From an uncultured Faecalimonas sp. (GTDB lineage Bacteria > Bacillota > Clostridia > Lachnospirales > Lachnospiraceae): 64,000 nucleotides of DNA. Shown here piece after piece: positions 24,356 to 34,410 of this stretch; the first letter of the stretch is position 1, and every line of letters begins with the position of its first letter. A program made the translations under genes and the position numbers. The stretch is from contig CAZUVY010000003.1 in NCBI GenBank assembly GCA_964623905.1, positions 2,443 to 66,442 on the forward strand, written 5' to 3'. The notes under the pieces are model-generated. The model ran no database searches, had not been told where the DNA came from, and saw only the letters and a list, made by a program, of their open reading frames with translations.

Positions 24356-25354
24356 TTACAATTCTGCATTTTCATATATCTTGAGCAGTTCATCCGGAGC
24401 CGGTCTGTCTAAAAATCTCTTTTCTTCGCCTCCCAGGATCACTCTCGCTGTGTCAACAGTCGTCTTACCAAGTACCACCGCCACAGCGCCTTCCTCTGCT
24501 AACCTTGCAACCAATTCCTCACCACGGTCTGTGAAAATAAGTACGCTTCCAGTCGAAGTCAACTGATATGGATTCAGGTGACAGAATTCACATACTTCCA
24601 CAGTCTCTTGTTTGATCGTCATCTTTTTCAGATCTACTTCCATTCCCACATTAGAACTCTCTGCAATCTCCCAAAGTGCGGCAAGAATACCGCCTCCTGT
24701 AATCTGATGCATCGCTGATGCGCCAAATTCTTTTGCGATTGCAAGCTCTTTCTCTGAAAACAACTGTGGTTCCAGATTCTTGATCTGGTTCAGGAACGTT
24801 GGTACAAATCTTTTTGAAAGTTCTTCTTCCTTTTCTCTCATAATGCGGAAAGTACCTTCCAGGCCGATCCATTTCAATAATACAATGTCCTGATCCGGCT
24901 TTCCCATTCTGCTTTGAAGAAGTTCTCCTTTTTTCAATACGCCCACGCCGTTCACATACACGATTGCCTTGCTAATCACAGGGCTTACTTCTGCTTTCGC
25001 ACACATAATCTGAACGTCATGCGCGCTACCGGCTCGTTCTACATACTCTACCATCGCTTTTAATCTGGATTCATAAGCGTATGGCGGAAGCATGATATGA
25101 ACACTTGCTCCCACTGCTTTTGCACCTCTTGTCGCCAGATCATTGACCACCTGTGCCAATGCAAATACGCCAAGATCTTTCTCATCGCCGTAAAGAACGG
25201 CGCTTGTGGCGAGCAGCTGTTCATCCTCTTTCAGCTCTATCCCAAAGCACATCTCCTCCACTGAAGGTTCGATGATCGCTTCTTCTCTATGAAATTGTAA
25301 TGGTTTTAAAATCGAACGCTTCAATACGGTCTGTGATACTTTGCCTACTTTCAT
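24356..25354 (-). CDS. AIR synthase-related (PurM/HypE/ThiL-fold) protein
   Basis: 332 aa. Has VNDLATRGA and a C-terminal ITGGGILAALWEIAE segment typical of the PurM superfamily. Confidence 0.7.
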   Translation of the reverse strand: MKVGKVSQTVLKRSILKPLQFHREEAIIEPSVEEMCFGIELKEDEQLLATSAVLYGDEKDLGVFALAQVVNDLATRGAKAVGASVHIMLPPYAYESRLKAMVEYVERAGSAHDVQIMCAKAEVSPVISKAIVYVNGVGVLKKGELLQSRMGKPDQDIVLLKWIGLEGTFRIMREKEEELSKRFVPTFLNQIKNLEPQLFSEKELAIAKEFGASAMHQITGGGILAALWEIAESSNVGMEVDLKKMTIKQETVEVCEFCHLNPYQLTSTGSVLIFTDRGEELVARLAEEGAVAVVLGKTTVDTARVILGGEEKRFLDRPAPDELLKIYENAEL

Positions 25355-25402
25355 ATTGCCTCTGTTTCTAAATTATTTATTATACTATCTTAATTTACTT
25401 CA

Positions 25403-27226
25403 TTACTCTGTCTGTGACTGTGCACTTGCATCCCCTGTTCCAGATGTATCTGTAGATTCAGAGGAACCCGAACCGCTTGTGCCTGATTCTCCTGAACTAG
25501 ATTCCCCAGAACCTGATGTTCCGGAACCTGATGATCCAGAACCCGATGTTGTATTGTCTGACTGCGATGGCGTTGATGTCGAAGGTGTCTGTGAAGCAGC
25601 CTGTTCTTTCGCGATCACATCTTTTGCCTGTGAAATAGCTGCATTGATCTTATCTTCATTCTGTGTTGCGATCGCATCTTTTACAAGCTTACTTGCTGTC
25701 GCATTGGAAGATGATGTTCCGACAGAGATCGTCGCATCAGAAGAAATATAGGTACTTGTATTAAATACTTCACGGCTTACTTCTGTTCCATTCTCATAAA
25801 CGACTTTCCAAAGCTGAGCAGTCAATCCTGTATGTCCAGAATCTTCTGTAGATTTTGTTCCAAGAGACGCACTTGATGCCACAAATTTCTTTCCAGGCTT
25901 TGTTGTGCTTAATGTCTCACTGACAAACGCGATCGAACGATTTTCAGGTCTTGTTTCTTTTCCGTAAATCTTAAACGTAATATATCCGCCTGACACAGAA
26001 CCTTCGATATAAATCGGAGTCTCTGTGCTGTTTACAAATTTCAGATCCTTATAATCCCCGGCAATCGCTGCATCCATAGATGGATCCACATAACCAACTG
26101 TCATAGAGTGTGCCTGTCTCTGTGTGATCTCAAGCTCAGCCAGAATACACGCATTATATAATGTACTTGATACCTGACAGATTCCTCCGCCCATACTCTG
26201 TACTACTTTTCCATTTTCATAAGAACCTGCTTCTGCATATCCATTCTCATATGTATATGGACGCATCGCTGCATCGGCTGAGAATTCTTCTCCCGGCATG
26301 AGCACTGTTCCATTGATCAATGATGCACCTGTCTCGATATTCTGAACACGGCCGCCGCCAGTTCCGCAATAGGTTGTATATTTTCCAAGTACATCCTGAA
26401 TCTGTTCTAATTGTTCTCTTGTGATCTCAGGTTCTTCAATCTTTGTCACAAGTTCGATTGTGTCAGATTCCTGCTTCCATGTATCATTCAGAAAAGTCTC
26501 AATTGCCTTTGTTGACTCTTCCGTTTCAATTGCCACACCTTTTTCTGCATCTGTAATGACAAACTCACCATTTGATCTTGTAATAGTCGCATTCTTTGCA
26601 CCATTTTCCAGTTCTGGCATCTGTTCCTCGATCACAGCGGCAACCATCTCTTCATCCACGCTGTAGGTCACATCAAATACTTTTGCTTCCTTTTCCAGCT
26701 TGTTCAATTTAAAATAACGGCTCCATACACTGCCTGTCTTGCCATATTCTACTGCCTTTTTCACAAGCTTTTCTGTATCTCCGATCTGGAATCCAAGTTC
26801 AGAAAGCGTAATATCTACGCTGGCTTCTTCCGCTTTCAATGTCATCGTCATCGCCTGATATTCTGATACTTTTTCTTCCAGAGCAGCCTGTGCCTCACTT
26901 GCATCCATGCCAGATACTTCTACCGTTCCGATAAATACATTGTCACAAATCTTATCTTCCGGAACCTTATTTACAGAAGCACTTAATCCAACATAAGAAC
27001 ACAACATAATGACAAGTACAACGCCAGCCACTAATCCACCGATCTGGAACATTCTCTTTTTCTTTTCTGCGCGTCTCTTTGAACTGATGTGTTTTTTCGA
27101 ATCGGAGATTCTTCTGCTGCCGGCAGCTGTTGTCTTCCTTGCAGCTGTCTTTTGGGATGCAGGTCTTTTTCCTGTTCTTTTGTTTCTATTATTTCCATTT
27201 CTTGTTGACTTTCTTGTCTCAGTCAT
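25403..27226 (-). CDS. VanW-family protein with a G5-like domain and a Ser/Gly/Thr-rich tail
   Basis: 607 aa with a basic N-terminus plus TM helix, a VanW core (GGGICQVSSTLYNA) and a G5-like segment (KVVYENGTEVSREV). Confidence 0.8.
   Translation of the reverse strand: MTETRKSTRNGNNRNKRTGKRPASQKTAARKTTAAGSRRISDSKKHISSKRRAEKKKRMFQIGGLVAGVVLVIMLCSYVGLSASVNKVPEDKICDNVFIGTVEVSGMDASEAQAALEEKVSEYQAMTMTLKAEEASVDITLSELGFQIGDTEKLVKKAVEYGKTGSVWSRYFKLNKLEKEAKVFDVTYSVDEEMVAAVIEEQMPELENGAKNATITRSNGEFVITDAEKGVAIETEESTKAIETFLNDTWKQESDTIELVTKIEEPEITREQLEQIQDVLGKYTTYCGTGGGRVQNIETGASLINGTVLMPGEEFSADAAMRPYTYENGYAEAGSYENGKVVQSMGGGICQVSSTLYNACILAELEITQRQAHSMTVGYVDPSMDAAIAGDYKDLKFVNSTETPIYIEGSVSGGYITFKIYGKETRPENRSIAFVSETLSTTKPGKKFVASSASLGTKSTEDSGHTGLTAQLWKVVYENGTEVSREVFNTSTYISSDATISVGTSSSNATASKLVKDAIATQNEDKINAAISQAKDVIAKEQAASQTPSTSTPSQSDNTTSGSGSSGSGTSGSGESSSGESGTSGSGSSESTDTSGTGDASAQSQTE
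25406..25600 (-). repeat. Low-complexity S/G/T/E coding repeat (C-terminal tail of the VanW protein)
   Basis: Reiterated CCAGAACC(T/C)GATG-like units encoding SGSGSSGSGTSGSGESSSGESGTSGSGSS. Confidence 0.85.
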
Positions 27227-27270
27227 AGCTTAAACCACCTCATCTTATTCAAGAATCTATTCCCTTGAAA

Positions 27271-27372
27271 CTAAACTAAATATGGGAGCACCGATGTTGC
27301 AATCATTGCAACTACTAAAATAATGATGACAGTTGCGATTGCTTTTCTTACTTTTTTATTATAAAAATTCAC
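27271..27372 (-). CDS. Candidate 33-aa single-TM micro-protein, missed by the ORF track
   Basis: GTG start preceded by AAGGTAAGGTGAG. Translates to MNFYNKKVRKAIATVIIILVVAMIATSVLPYLV*, a basic head followed by one hydrophobic helix. Confidence 0.35.
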   Translation of the reverse strand: MNFYNKKVRKAIATVIIILVVAMIATSVLPYLV

Positions 27373-27447
27373 TTATCTCACCTTACCTTCCAGGTTTCAA
27401 ACTATTATCCATCCATTGTAAACGTTTTATATCGTTTTTGCAAGATT

Positions 27448-29166
27448 CTATATCACAAATGTAGATGCCTGATGCGTCAGCCTGCTTCTGTTCTGATAAT
27501 CAAAAAGCACCAGAAATTCGCCTGCTTCACAATCCCCCAGCACATCAAAGTGGAATCTTTCCATGTGCGTCATCTTTCGAAGCTGTCTCTTATCATATCC
27601 CTCATAACCATTCAGATACTGATGGTCCTGCGCCTCTGTCTCATAGAAATCATTCAGTTCCTGTTTTTCTACCTGATATTCTCCCGCAAAATCTGGTCTG
27701 TTTTTCACATTTTCACGTAAATAGAGATCAAATGTCAACAGTTCTTTATATAAATCCTCATCCAGCTTTTCCAGGCTTCGAATAAAGTCTAACAAAATTT
27801 CGTATCTGGTGATTCTTGCATGGCTCATAAGATGTAATTCATGGTTTTCGTAATATTTTCCCAATGCAAGATACAATTCAAATGGTGAATCAAATTCCTG
27901 TTCCAGGCGATGCAGCGTATACGTAAACTGACCACTGTTATAATATACTTCTACCATCTCTTCCACCATTTTCAGTGTCAGGACTTTCTCATAAGAAAGC
28001 CAGTTTGTGTAAAGCACTTCATACGGCGGTCTGCTTTTGTAAACAAGTCCATAAGATTCTTTCATCTCTTCCATATAAGAACCTTTCAGCACCTTCAAGA
28101 ATCCGAGCTGTAATTGTTCCGGATGCAGACGATAAACATCATCAAAAGATTTTTTGAAACTTTCAAATCCTTCATATGGAAGCCCCGCGATCAGATCCAG
28201 ATGCTGATGCACATTTCCTCTCTGATTGATACGATTCACAATTCTGGCCACTTCTGAAAATTTCATTGTTCTTTTAATTTCCCGGATCGTCTTTTCATTT
28301 GTAGACTGTACACCAATTTCCAATTGAATCAGACCAGGTCTCATTGTCTCAATTAATTGCAGTTCTTCTTCATTTAACAGATCTGCGGCAACCTCAAAAT
28401 GGAAGTTGGTAATTCCTTTGTCGTGTTCCACCAGATATCTCCATATCTCCATCGCATGCGTATGCTTACAGTTGAATGTTCTGTCCACAAACTTAACCTG
28501 CGGCACCTCCTCATCGATAAAAAACTGCAGTTCTTTTTTTACCAGTTCCAGATCACGGAATCTCAGACATTTATCTATAGATGACAGACAATAGCTGCAT
28601 GAGAATGGGCAGCCTCTGCTTGACTCATAGTAAATGATCTTATTCTTAAAATTCGCCATGTCATGATATACAAATGGAACCGTACTAAGATCGATCGTCT
28701 TTCTCCATGCATTTTCGCATATCTCGCCCTGTTCTGTGCGGTATGCAATCCCTTTGATCTCTGCGAGAGAACTTTTCTCTCCATGATAAAACTCTGTAAG
28801 TTCCAGAAACGTCTCTTCTCCCTCACCAAACATCACGCCTGTCAGCTCTGGCAGTCTGCTCAGCACATCCTTTGCATCATAGGATACCTCCGGACCCCCA
28901 AGCCAGATTGGAAGCTGCGGAAATATCTTCTTGATCTCTCTTACCAATTCTTCCACATAATTCAGATTCCAAATATAGCAGGAAAAACATAACACATCTG
29001 GTTTCTTCTTATATAAATCTGTCAAAATATCATCTGTCTGCTGATTGATCGTATATTCTGCAATCATAATCTCATCTTTATATGCTTTTGCATAAGCTCT
29101 CAAACTATATACTGCAAGATTTGAATGAATATACTTTGCATTGATTGCTGTCAAAACAATGTTCAT
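27448..29166 (-). CDS. B12-binding-domain radical SAM protein (DUF4080-type)
   Basis: MNIVLTAINAKYIHSNLAVYSL, with CxxxCxxC as SRGCPFSCSYC. ATG 29166 has a GGAGG RBS. Confidence 0.85.
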   Translation of the reverse strand: MNIVLTAINAKYIHSNLAVYSLRAYAKAYKDEIMIAEYTINQQTDDILTDLYKKKPDVLCFSCYIWNLNYVEELVREIKKIFPQLPIWLGGPEVSYDAKDVLSRLPELTGVMFGEGEETFLELTEFYHGEKSSLAEIKGIAYRTEQGEICENAWRKTIDLSTVPFVYHDMANFKNKIIYYESSRGCPFSCSYCLSSIDKCLRFRDLELVKKELQFFIDEEVPQVKFVDRTFNCKHTHAMEIWRYLVEHDKGITNFHFEVAADLLNEEELQLIETMRPGLIQLEIGVQSTNEKTIREIKRTMKFSEVARIVNRINQRGNVHQHLDLIAGLPYEGFESFKKSFDDVYRLHPEQLQLGFLKVLKGSYMEEMKESYGLVYKSRPPYEVLYTNWLSYEKVLTLKMVEEMVEVYYNSGQFTYTLHRLEQEFDSPFELYLALGKYYENHELHLMSHARITRYEILLDFIRSLEKLDEDLYKELLTFDLYLRENVKNRPDFAGEYQVEKQELNDFYETEAQDHQYLNGYEGYDKRQLRKMTHMERFHFDVLGDCEAGEFLVLFDYQNRSRLTHQASTFVI

Positions 29167-29204
29167 AGACTTCCTCCTGTAACTCATTACTCTTTTTGTA
29201 AATC

Positions 29205-29255
29205 AAAAAAGATGTTATTGTATTAACAGTTTTCACAACTAGTAATGCAATAACA
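29205..29255 (-). terminator. Terminator following the SRP RNA
   Basis: Minus strand GTGTTATTGCATTA...TAATACAATAACAT, followed by CTTTTTT. Confidence 0.55.
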
Positions 29256-29287
29256 CCTTTTCTTTGTATCGGTTATTTTCTTTTTTT

Positions 29288-29550
29288 CGTGCGTTGCATT
29301 TCGAACTTCCTCCCCAGACGTTACCTTTGTAGTTAACTCAGCCCAGGCACCCTCACGGCACCCGGAAGGTTCTACTTAGTGCTGCTTCGTTCCCGACCTG
29401 ACACGGTTCATAGATTCCCGTCGCGTGAGACCCAAACCTCTACGCCACTTACAAAGGGCAGCCTCACAAAAGAAAGCCCTCCATGCAACATCACCCCTAC
29501 TATAGCGGATTGTAGGTACAAGGTACCGCTAACACCCCGGCTGCACGGTT
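29288..29550 (-). ncRNA. ffs: Signal recognition particle RNA, long Bacillus/Clostridium type (about 263 nt; ends approximate)
   Basis: The minus strand carries the domain IV motif GTCAGGTCGGGAACGAAGCAGC (29378-29406). An Alu-domain 5' region, CCGTGCAGCCGGGGTGTTAGCGGTACCTTGTACCTACAATCCGCTATAGTAGGGG, closely resembles B. subtilis scRNA. The 5' CGTGC pairs with the 3' GCACG. Sits next to tadA as in Bacillus. Confidence 0.9.
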
Positions 29551-29588
29551 ATTAATTATACAATTACTTTTATGAAAATGTCAAGTGA

Positions 29589-30053
29589 TTAACGCTTTTT
29601 CTCTCGCAATTCTTTAAAAAAAGTTTTCATCAGGCTGCTGCATTCCTCTTCCAGCACCCCGATTTCCAATTCTACCTGGTGATTAAATGCATCTACCTGC
29701 AATAAATTCAGCACAGAACCGGCGCATCCTGCTTTCGGATTCATACACCCGACTACCACTTTTTTCATACGGGACTGCACGATTGCTCCTGCACACATCT
29801 GACATGGTTCCAAAGTCACATACATGGTGCAATCTTCCAGACGCCAATCCCCTAATTTGCGGCATGCCTTTCGAATCGCCATCATCTCTGCATGCGCAAT
29901 CACATTCTTATCAATGGTTCTTCGATTATAACCTCTCGCAATGATCTTTCCCTCATAGACGATCACGCATCCTATCGGTACTTCCTCCAAAGCATATGCT
30001 TTTCTGGCCTGCTTTATGGCCTCTTTCATAAACTTCTCATCCTGACTCATCAT
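29589..30053 (-). CDS. tadA: tRNA adenosine(34) deaminase
   Basis: 154 aa with HAEMMAI and PCQMCAGA zinc motifs. Confidence 0.93.
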   Translation of the reverse strand: MMSQDEKFMKEAIKQARKAYALEEVPIGCVIVYEGKIIARGYNRRTIDKNVIAHAEMMAIRKACRKLGDWRLEDCTMYVTLEPCQMCAGAIVQSRMKKVVVGCMNPKAGCAGSVLNLLQVDAFNHQVELEIGVLEEECSSLMKTFFKELREKKR

Positions 30054-30068
30054 CTGTCCACCTATCTA

Positions 30069-30716
30069 TTATCTGTCGATCTTTCGACACCAATATCCAA
30101 AATCTTCATATGTATTCTTCTCTTCTTCGGAAAGTTCCAGCTCCATATCCGTAAGTCTTCGGAACACAGTAAATCCAAATGCATTCGCTGCCATCTTCTC
30201 TTTTTCATGAAAGATCCCCGGAACTCCGATCCAGACTTCTCCATCTTCTTCTATATAAAGCAAATGATGGTAATTATAATATCCATGAAGCAAAAAACTG
30301 TTATTGGCAAGACGCCACTCTTTTCTCGGAAGCCTTGACAGATCCTGACGCTGTATCTTCTCAAAATGCCTGCTGGAAACGGGTGTGTATACTGCAACCT
30401 CTTCTTCCTGTGGCAGTTCCACCTCTTCTATCTCCATAGTCTCCTGAATCTCCGGCTCCGGTTCTGGTGCCGGCTTTATCTCCGCCTGTACACTTACACT
30501 GCTCTGCGTTGACGCTTCTTCCTGCTCTTCCTCCCAAGCCGCGTAATATTTACTGCCGTCTTCCCGCTGGAACTGAATCCCTTTCACTTCGTCAATCTGT
30601 TTCGAATAAATCTGGATAATACTCTTATCCATCTGTTTTTCTACTTTCATAAATCCCAGATTGCGAACGCGCTTTCCATTTTCGTACTCATACAAATATT
30701 GAATAAACTGTGTCAT
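30069..30716 (-). CDS. Conserved hypothetical protein (Clostridia-type, acidic PEPE linker)
   Basis: Start at ATG 30716 (AGGAGAG RBS): MTQFIQYLYEYENGKRVRNLGFMKVE...NNSFLLHGYYNYHHLLYIEE. Function unknown. Confidence 0.6.
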   Translation of the reverse strand: MTQFIQYLYEYENGKRVRNLGFMKVEKQMDKSIIQIYSKQIDEVKGIQFQREDGSKYYAAWEEEQEEASTQSSVSVQAEIKPAPEPEPEIQETMEIEEVELPQEEEVAVYTPVSSRHFEKIQRQDLSRLPRKEWRLANNSFLLHGYYNYHHLLYIEEDGEVWIGVPGIFHEKEKMAANAFGFTVFRRLTDMELELSEEEKNTYEDFGYWCRKIDR

Positions 30717-30796
30717 ATCTTCTCTCCTAACCTTGTCTTTACACTCCACTATATTCTTTCGTGGTTGTATTTAGAACAAGATCTTCTTTGGAGAAA

Positions 30797-32206
30797 TTAT
30801 ATGATCGCGTTCAATTCCTGATACAATCTCTTTGCATAACTGTCCGTCATGCCGCAGATATAATCTGTCACCAACAGCAGTCTCAGATATAGTTTTTCAA
30901 CTTCACTCTTTCCTTTTGCCTGATTATGATATGCTGTTTTATAGTTTTCTGATATAAACGATACCAGACGTTTTTCGATTTTGTTCATTTCCACATCCGT
31001 GTCATAATAGATCACGGCATTCACAAATTTATTCATTAAAAAATCAAGGATCACCGATTCTGCAACTTCCATTTTAAAGATATCCGGAGTCGAGAATACT
31101 CTTCGATAGGCCATATCCCCTAAAAGCTGCATCAGCTCCTCGCCATACGTTCCGTGGAAAATATCATACGGATAACTGCCTTCCATGATCGCGTCATAAT
31201 TTGCAGTAAATCCATATGTCGCACAGCTGATCAGATATCCCTGCACCTGAACAATCCAGTTCTTCACCGCATATTCTTCCGGATTTTTCACATTGCGTCT
31301 GAGCCCGCTCTGATACTTTCTCTCCAGCTTGTCCATCGCCGGGAATGGATTCTCAGGATCTTTTTCCTGCAGTTCTCGAAGTTCTTCTTTGAGCTGCTGG
31401 TAAGAGATAAATCCCTTCACGAATGCATCTTCGATATCTGCCGTCTTATATGCAATATCGTCTGCCGCTTCCAGAATAAATGTCAGCGGATGTCTTTTTC
31501 CTTCAGTTCCCGTTGCAGAAATGATCTGCTTAAATGTATCTTGATCTGCCAGGAAATAGCCCATCTTTTTATCTTTGATATTGCCTGATTGCTTGTCAAT
31601 CTCCGTAGACGCCACCGGATATTTGACGATCGTATTCAACAAGGCATAAGTTAGGTTCATTCCATGCTCATCTACCAGATAATGAAGCCTCGTCACCAGA
31701 CGAAGTGCCTGTGCATTACCCTCAAAATTATAGAAATCCTGCTGCATCTGTTCCGTCAGGATCTCTTTCAACGTATTTCCTTTGTATGTCAGCACTGGAA
31801 GATTTCTCTTGAACCAGTCCCGAATCGCATATTCTCCAAAATGACCAAACGGAGGATTCCCGATGTCATGGATCAACCCTGCACACTGCAGAATGCTGCT
31901 GATTTCTTCCTTAAAACGCGGGGTGAAATCTTCATCTTTCTTATATGTCAGAATGTATTCCCCGATATTTTGTCCCAATGATTTTCCAAACGAAGACACT
32001 TCCAGCGAATGTGTCAGCCTTGTTCTGATAAAATCACTTTTATCCAAAGGAAATACCTGGGTCTTATCCTGCAGTCTTCGAAAAGAAGCACTTCCTATGA
32101 TACGATGATAATCTTTTTCAAATTCACTTCGCAGATCATTCTGGGATGCAGATACAGAAGCACTGCTCCTTGGCCTTCCTGCTGCAAGCAACTGTTTCCA
32201 ATTCAT
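30797..32206 (-). CDS. dgt: dGTPase-family dNTP triphosphohydrolase (HD domain)
   Basis: 469 aa: DYHRIIGSASFRRLQDKTQVF, RLTHSLEV, GLIHDIGNPPFGH, and a C-terminal DYICGMTDSYA. Confidence 0.88.
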   Translation of the reverse strand: MNWKQLLAAGRPRSSASVSASQNDLRSEFEKDYHRIIGSASFRRLQDKTQVFPLDKSDFIRTRLTHSLEVSSFGKSLGQNIGEYILTYKKDEDFTPRFKEEISSILQCAGLIHDIGNPPFGHFGEYAIRDWFKRNLPVLTYKGNTLKEILTEQMQQDFYNFEGNAQALRLVTRLHYLVDEHGMNLTYALLNTIVKYPVASTEIDKQSGNIKDKKMGYFLADQDTFKQIISATGTEGKRHPLTFILEAADDIAYKTADIEDAFVKGFISYQQLKEELRELQEKDPENPFPAMDKLERKYQSGLRRNVKNPEEYAVKNWIVQVQGYLISCATYGFTANYDAIMEGSYPYDIFHGTYGEELMQLLGDMAYRRVFSTPDIFKMEVAESVILDFLMNKFVNAVIYYDTDVEMNKIEKRLVSFISENYKTAYHNQAKGKSEVEKLYLRLLLVTDYICGMTDSYAKRLYQELNAII

Positions 32207-32217
32207 AGATATCCCCC

Positions 32218-32892
32218 TTAATCCAAATAAATCGGTGGTTCATAATCCTTTCCAAGCAAACGCTTTTTGCGTTCCTGATATCCAAGAAATGCCCATTCTG
32301 TCATATCTGTCCACTTATGCTGGTCCTGATCATAAACCTGTACATATCCGATTCGCTTCGGATGCATGCGTACACTATTCGACTTGTATTCTTTTCCGGT
32401 ATATGGATTGACCTCTCCTAAGATGGCTTCCTCCTTTTTCGGTTCCTCTTTCTGTGGCATCGCCTGTTTTCGGTAATACCCCATCACACCTTTGCGAAGA
32501 AGTTTCCTTTCTTCTGATTCTTCCGGGTCATTGACCGCAGCCACTTCTTCCTTTTCCTTCGCAGTCTCTGGCTCTGGTTCTGGTTCTGACACAACAGGGT
32601 CAAGCAGTTCTCCAACTGTCACTTCGCGTTCTAATGGAGTTTCTTTCTTTTCGATCGGCTTCGCGTCTGGGTCCATCTCCATGATATCAAGCTGAAATTT
32701 GCAGCCTAAAATCTCTGCGATCATACGCATATCCTTTTCCTGAAAGTTATCTCTCCCCAGCCTCTGCGTCAGATTCTGTCTCGACATGGACTTTCCCGTA
32801 TACTGTTCGATCAATTCTGCCAATTCTTTTATGGTCATCCCTTTTCGGCTCAGGATAATCTTCACCTGCTCGCCAAATGTAAGGTTTATCAT
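32218..32892 (-). CDS. XRE-type helix-turn-helix domain protein with an acidic linker and a conserved C-terminal region
   Basis: 224 aa: GEQVKIILSRKGMTIKELAELIE...QNLTQRL. Confidence 0.65.
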   Translation of the reverse strand: MINLTFGEQVKIILSRKGMTIKELAELIEQYTGKSMSRQNLTQRLGRDNFQEKDMRMIAEILGCKFQLDIMEMDPDAKPIEKKETPLEREVTVGELLDPVVSEPEPEPETAKEKEEVAAVNDPEESEERKLLRKGVMGYYRKQAMPQKEEPKKEEAILGEVNPYTGKEYKSNSVRMHPKRIGYVQVYDQDQHKWTDMTEWAFLGYQERKKRLLGKDYEPPIYLD

Positions 32893-32913
32893 GCTGCTTC
32901 CTCTTTTCCGATT

Positions 32914-33795
32914 TTAATAATACTGCTCTAAATATTCTTCTAACGTAATTCCAAGTTCTGTAATCTTTGTGGCATCTTCTACACCCACATAACGATAATG
33001 CCATGGCTCATAAATGATGCCCGTAATATCTGTCTTTTCTGGTGGATATCTTAAAATGAATCCATATTTATAACAGTTTTCTGCAAGCCATTTTGCTTCT
33101 TCTGTCTCTTGCTGCTTTTCATCCAGTCCCATATAATCATTTGAGATCAAATCCAGAGCTAACCCCAGTGCATGTTCACTTGTTCCAGGTTCTGCAACAC
33201 TTTGTCTTGTATCTGCAAATGCATCCCAATAACCAAGTCCGCTGTTTAGACGGTCCTGCAGCGATTCATTAAACAGATTCTCCTGTCTTTCCACAGAACG
33301 ATATGCGGAACAAATGATGATTCTCATGCCATCCTCTTTTGCATCCTGCAGCATCTGTTTTGCCGCATCTGCAATTCTGGAGTCCACACTATATCCTGTT
33401 TCCAGCTCGGTAAAAGAAGGAATCTCATAGTTTTCATCCATTGGATTCTTATTGTTAACAAGAACAAGATACCATGGACGTTCTGTAACTTCATTGTCTG
33501 TTCCCTGTTCCGCAGCTGCGTTCGCTGTCTCCAACGCTTTATCCAACTCTTCCTGTAACTTTTCTGTCTGTGCCATGCTTTCTTCCTTGATCTGCGCGGT
33601 CACTTCCACCAGTTCCTTTTCTGCACGCTTCTTCTCAACCGAACCGCCGATTTTTCCTCCGATCATCAATCCAAGGATCAGCACCAGTGTACAATAAAGC
33701 AACAGGCGCTTCTTTTCACGGCTCATAAATTTAAACCCTCTCTTGATTCTATCTAAACAATATTCAAAGTATGAATTGTAACTTCCTCTATTCAT
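32914..33795 (-). CDS. M15-family D-alanyl-D-alanine carboxypeptidase (VanY-like)
   Basis: TM anchor, SAYRSVERQ, and SEHALGLALD metal-ligand motifs. Confidence 0.85.
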   Translation of the reverse strand: MNRGSYNSYFEYCLDRIKRGFKFMSREKKRLLLYCTLVLILGLMIGGKIGGSVEKKRAEKELVEVTAQIKEESMAQTEKLQEELDKALETANAAAEQGTDNEVTERPWYLVLVNNKNPMDENYEIPSFTELETGYSVDSRIADAAKQMLQDAKEDGMRIIICSAYRSVERQENLFNESLQDRLNSGLGYWDAFADTRQSVAEPGTSEHALGLALDLISNDYMGLDEKQQETEEAKWLAENCYKYGFILRYPPEKTDITGIIYEPWHYRYVGVEDATKITELGITLEEYLEQYY

Positions 33796-33867
33796 AGTAC
33801 TCCCATCTTTTTCTTAAGAAATATTTTTGTTTCTTCCTTTGCCAATAAAATGAGGCGAATCTTCACC

Positions 33868-34410
33868 TCATTCTGTTCCATTTATTAACCTTCCACGGAG
33901 TCTGCTCCAGATCATTCCCTGAAAATACCGATACGCCTGATCATAAATAAAAATACCGGCCTGCCCCGCTAAAAATCCTATCAAAAGAAGTCTGCCATCT
34001 GCTTCTTTTGTAAAAATCAAATCCGAAAACCCTGTCAGAATTGGAATATATATGATATTAAAGATAACATATTTTCCGATCCAAAGTGTAAGATTTCGAT
34101 TTTTCAATTCTTTTTTTGCTGCTATCTTCTCCCACAGCCCTTCACTTAACAGCAAGTATAACGCCATCGCCGCAAATGTAGCACAGTAAAATTTGTTCGG
34201 AGTGACGATCAAATTGACCAAAAGGCTTGCTGCAAAGTACCCTGCTCCAAACAGAATCCCCCATTCGCGAATCGTAATCCCTACGCAAAAGGATGCCGCT
34301 GCGATCAAGAACAAACTGCTCGATTCAAGCACTGCGCTCAAAATCATAAGCACTGCCGAAAAAGCTGCCAGTAGACCGGCGATTGCTACCTGCTTTGCTT
34401 TTACATGCAT
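33868..34410 (-). CDS. Polytopic membrane protein of unknown function
   Basis: About 180 aa with 5-6 hydrophobic helices. The start (ATG 34410, or GTG 34416) overlaps the last codons of the J-protein gene (ATGCATGTAA). GGGAGG lies upstream. Confidence 0.6.
   Translation of the reverse strand: MHVKAKQVAIAGLLAAFSAVLMILSAVLESSSLFLIAAASFCVGITIREWGILFGAGYFAASLLVNLIVTPNKFYCATFAAMALYLLLSEGLWEKIAAKKELKNRNLTLWIGKYVIFNIIYIPILTGFSDLIFTKEADGRLLLIGFLAGQAGIFIYDQAYRYFQGMIWSRLRGRLINGTE

Noticed and set aside
30797-32206. The dGTPase-family HD protein considered as an anti-phage dNTP-depletion defence gene.
   Set aside because: It is tightly packed in a co-directional housekeeping string (VanY-like, HTH, dgt, conserved hypothetical, tadA, SRP RNA) with no mobile or defence neighbours. 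It is most likely the housekeeping Dgt-like paralogue common in Firmicutes. Sequence inspection alone cannot distinguish the two.
30440-32600. Similar GGCTC(C/T)GGTTCTGGT-type stretches in two different genes (about 30440-30480 and about 32560-32600), considered as a dispersed repeat.
   Set aside because: Both simply encode PEPEPE acidic linkers on the minus strand. The similarity is short and explained by codon choice, not by a repeat element.
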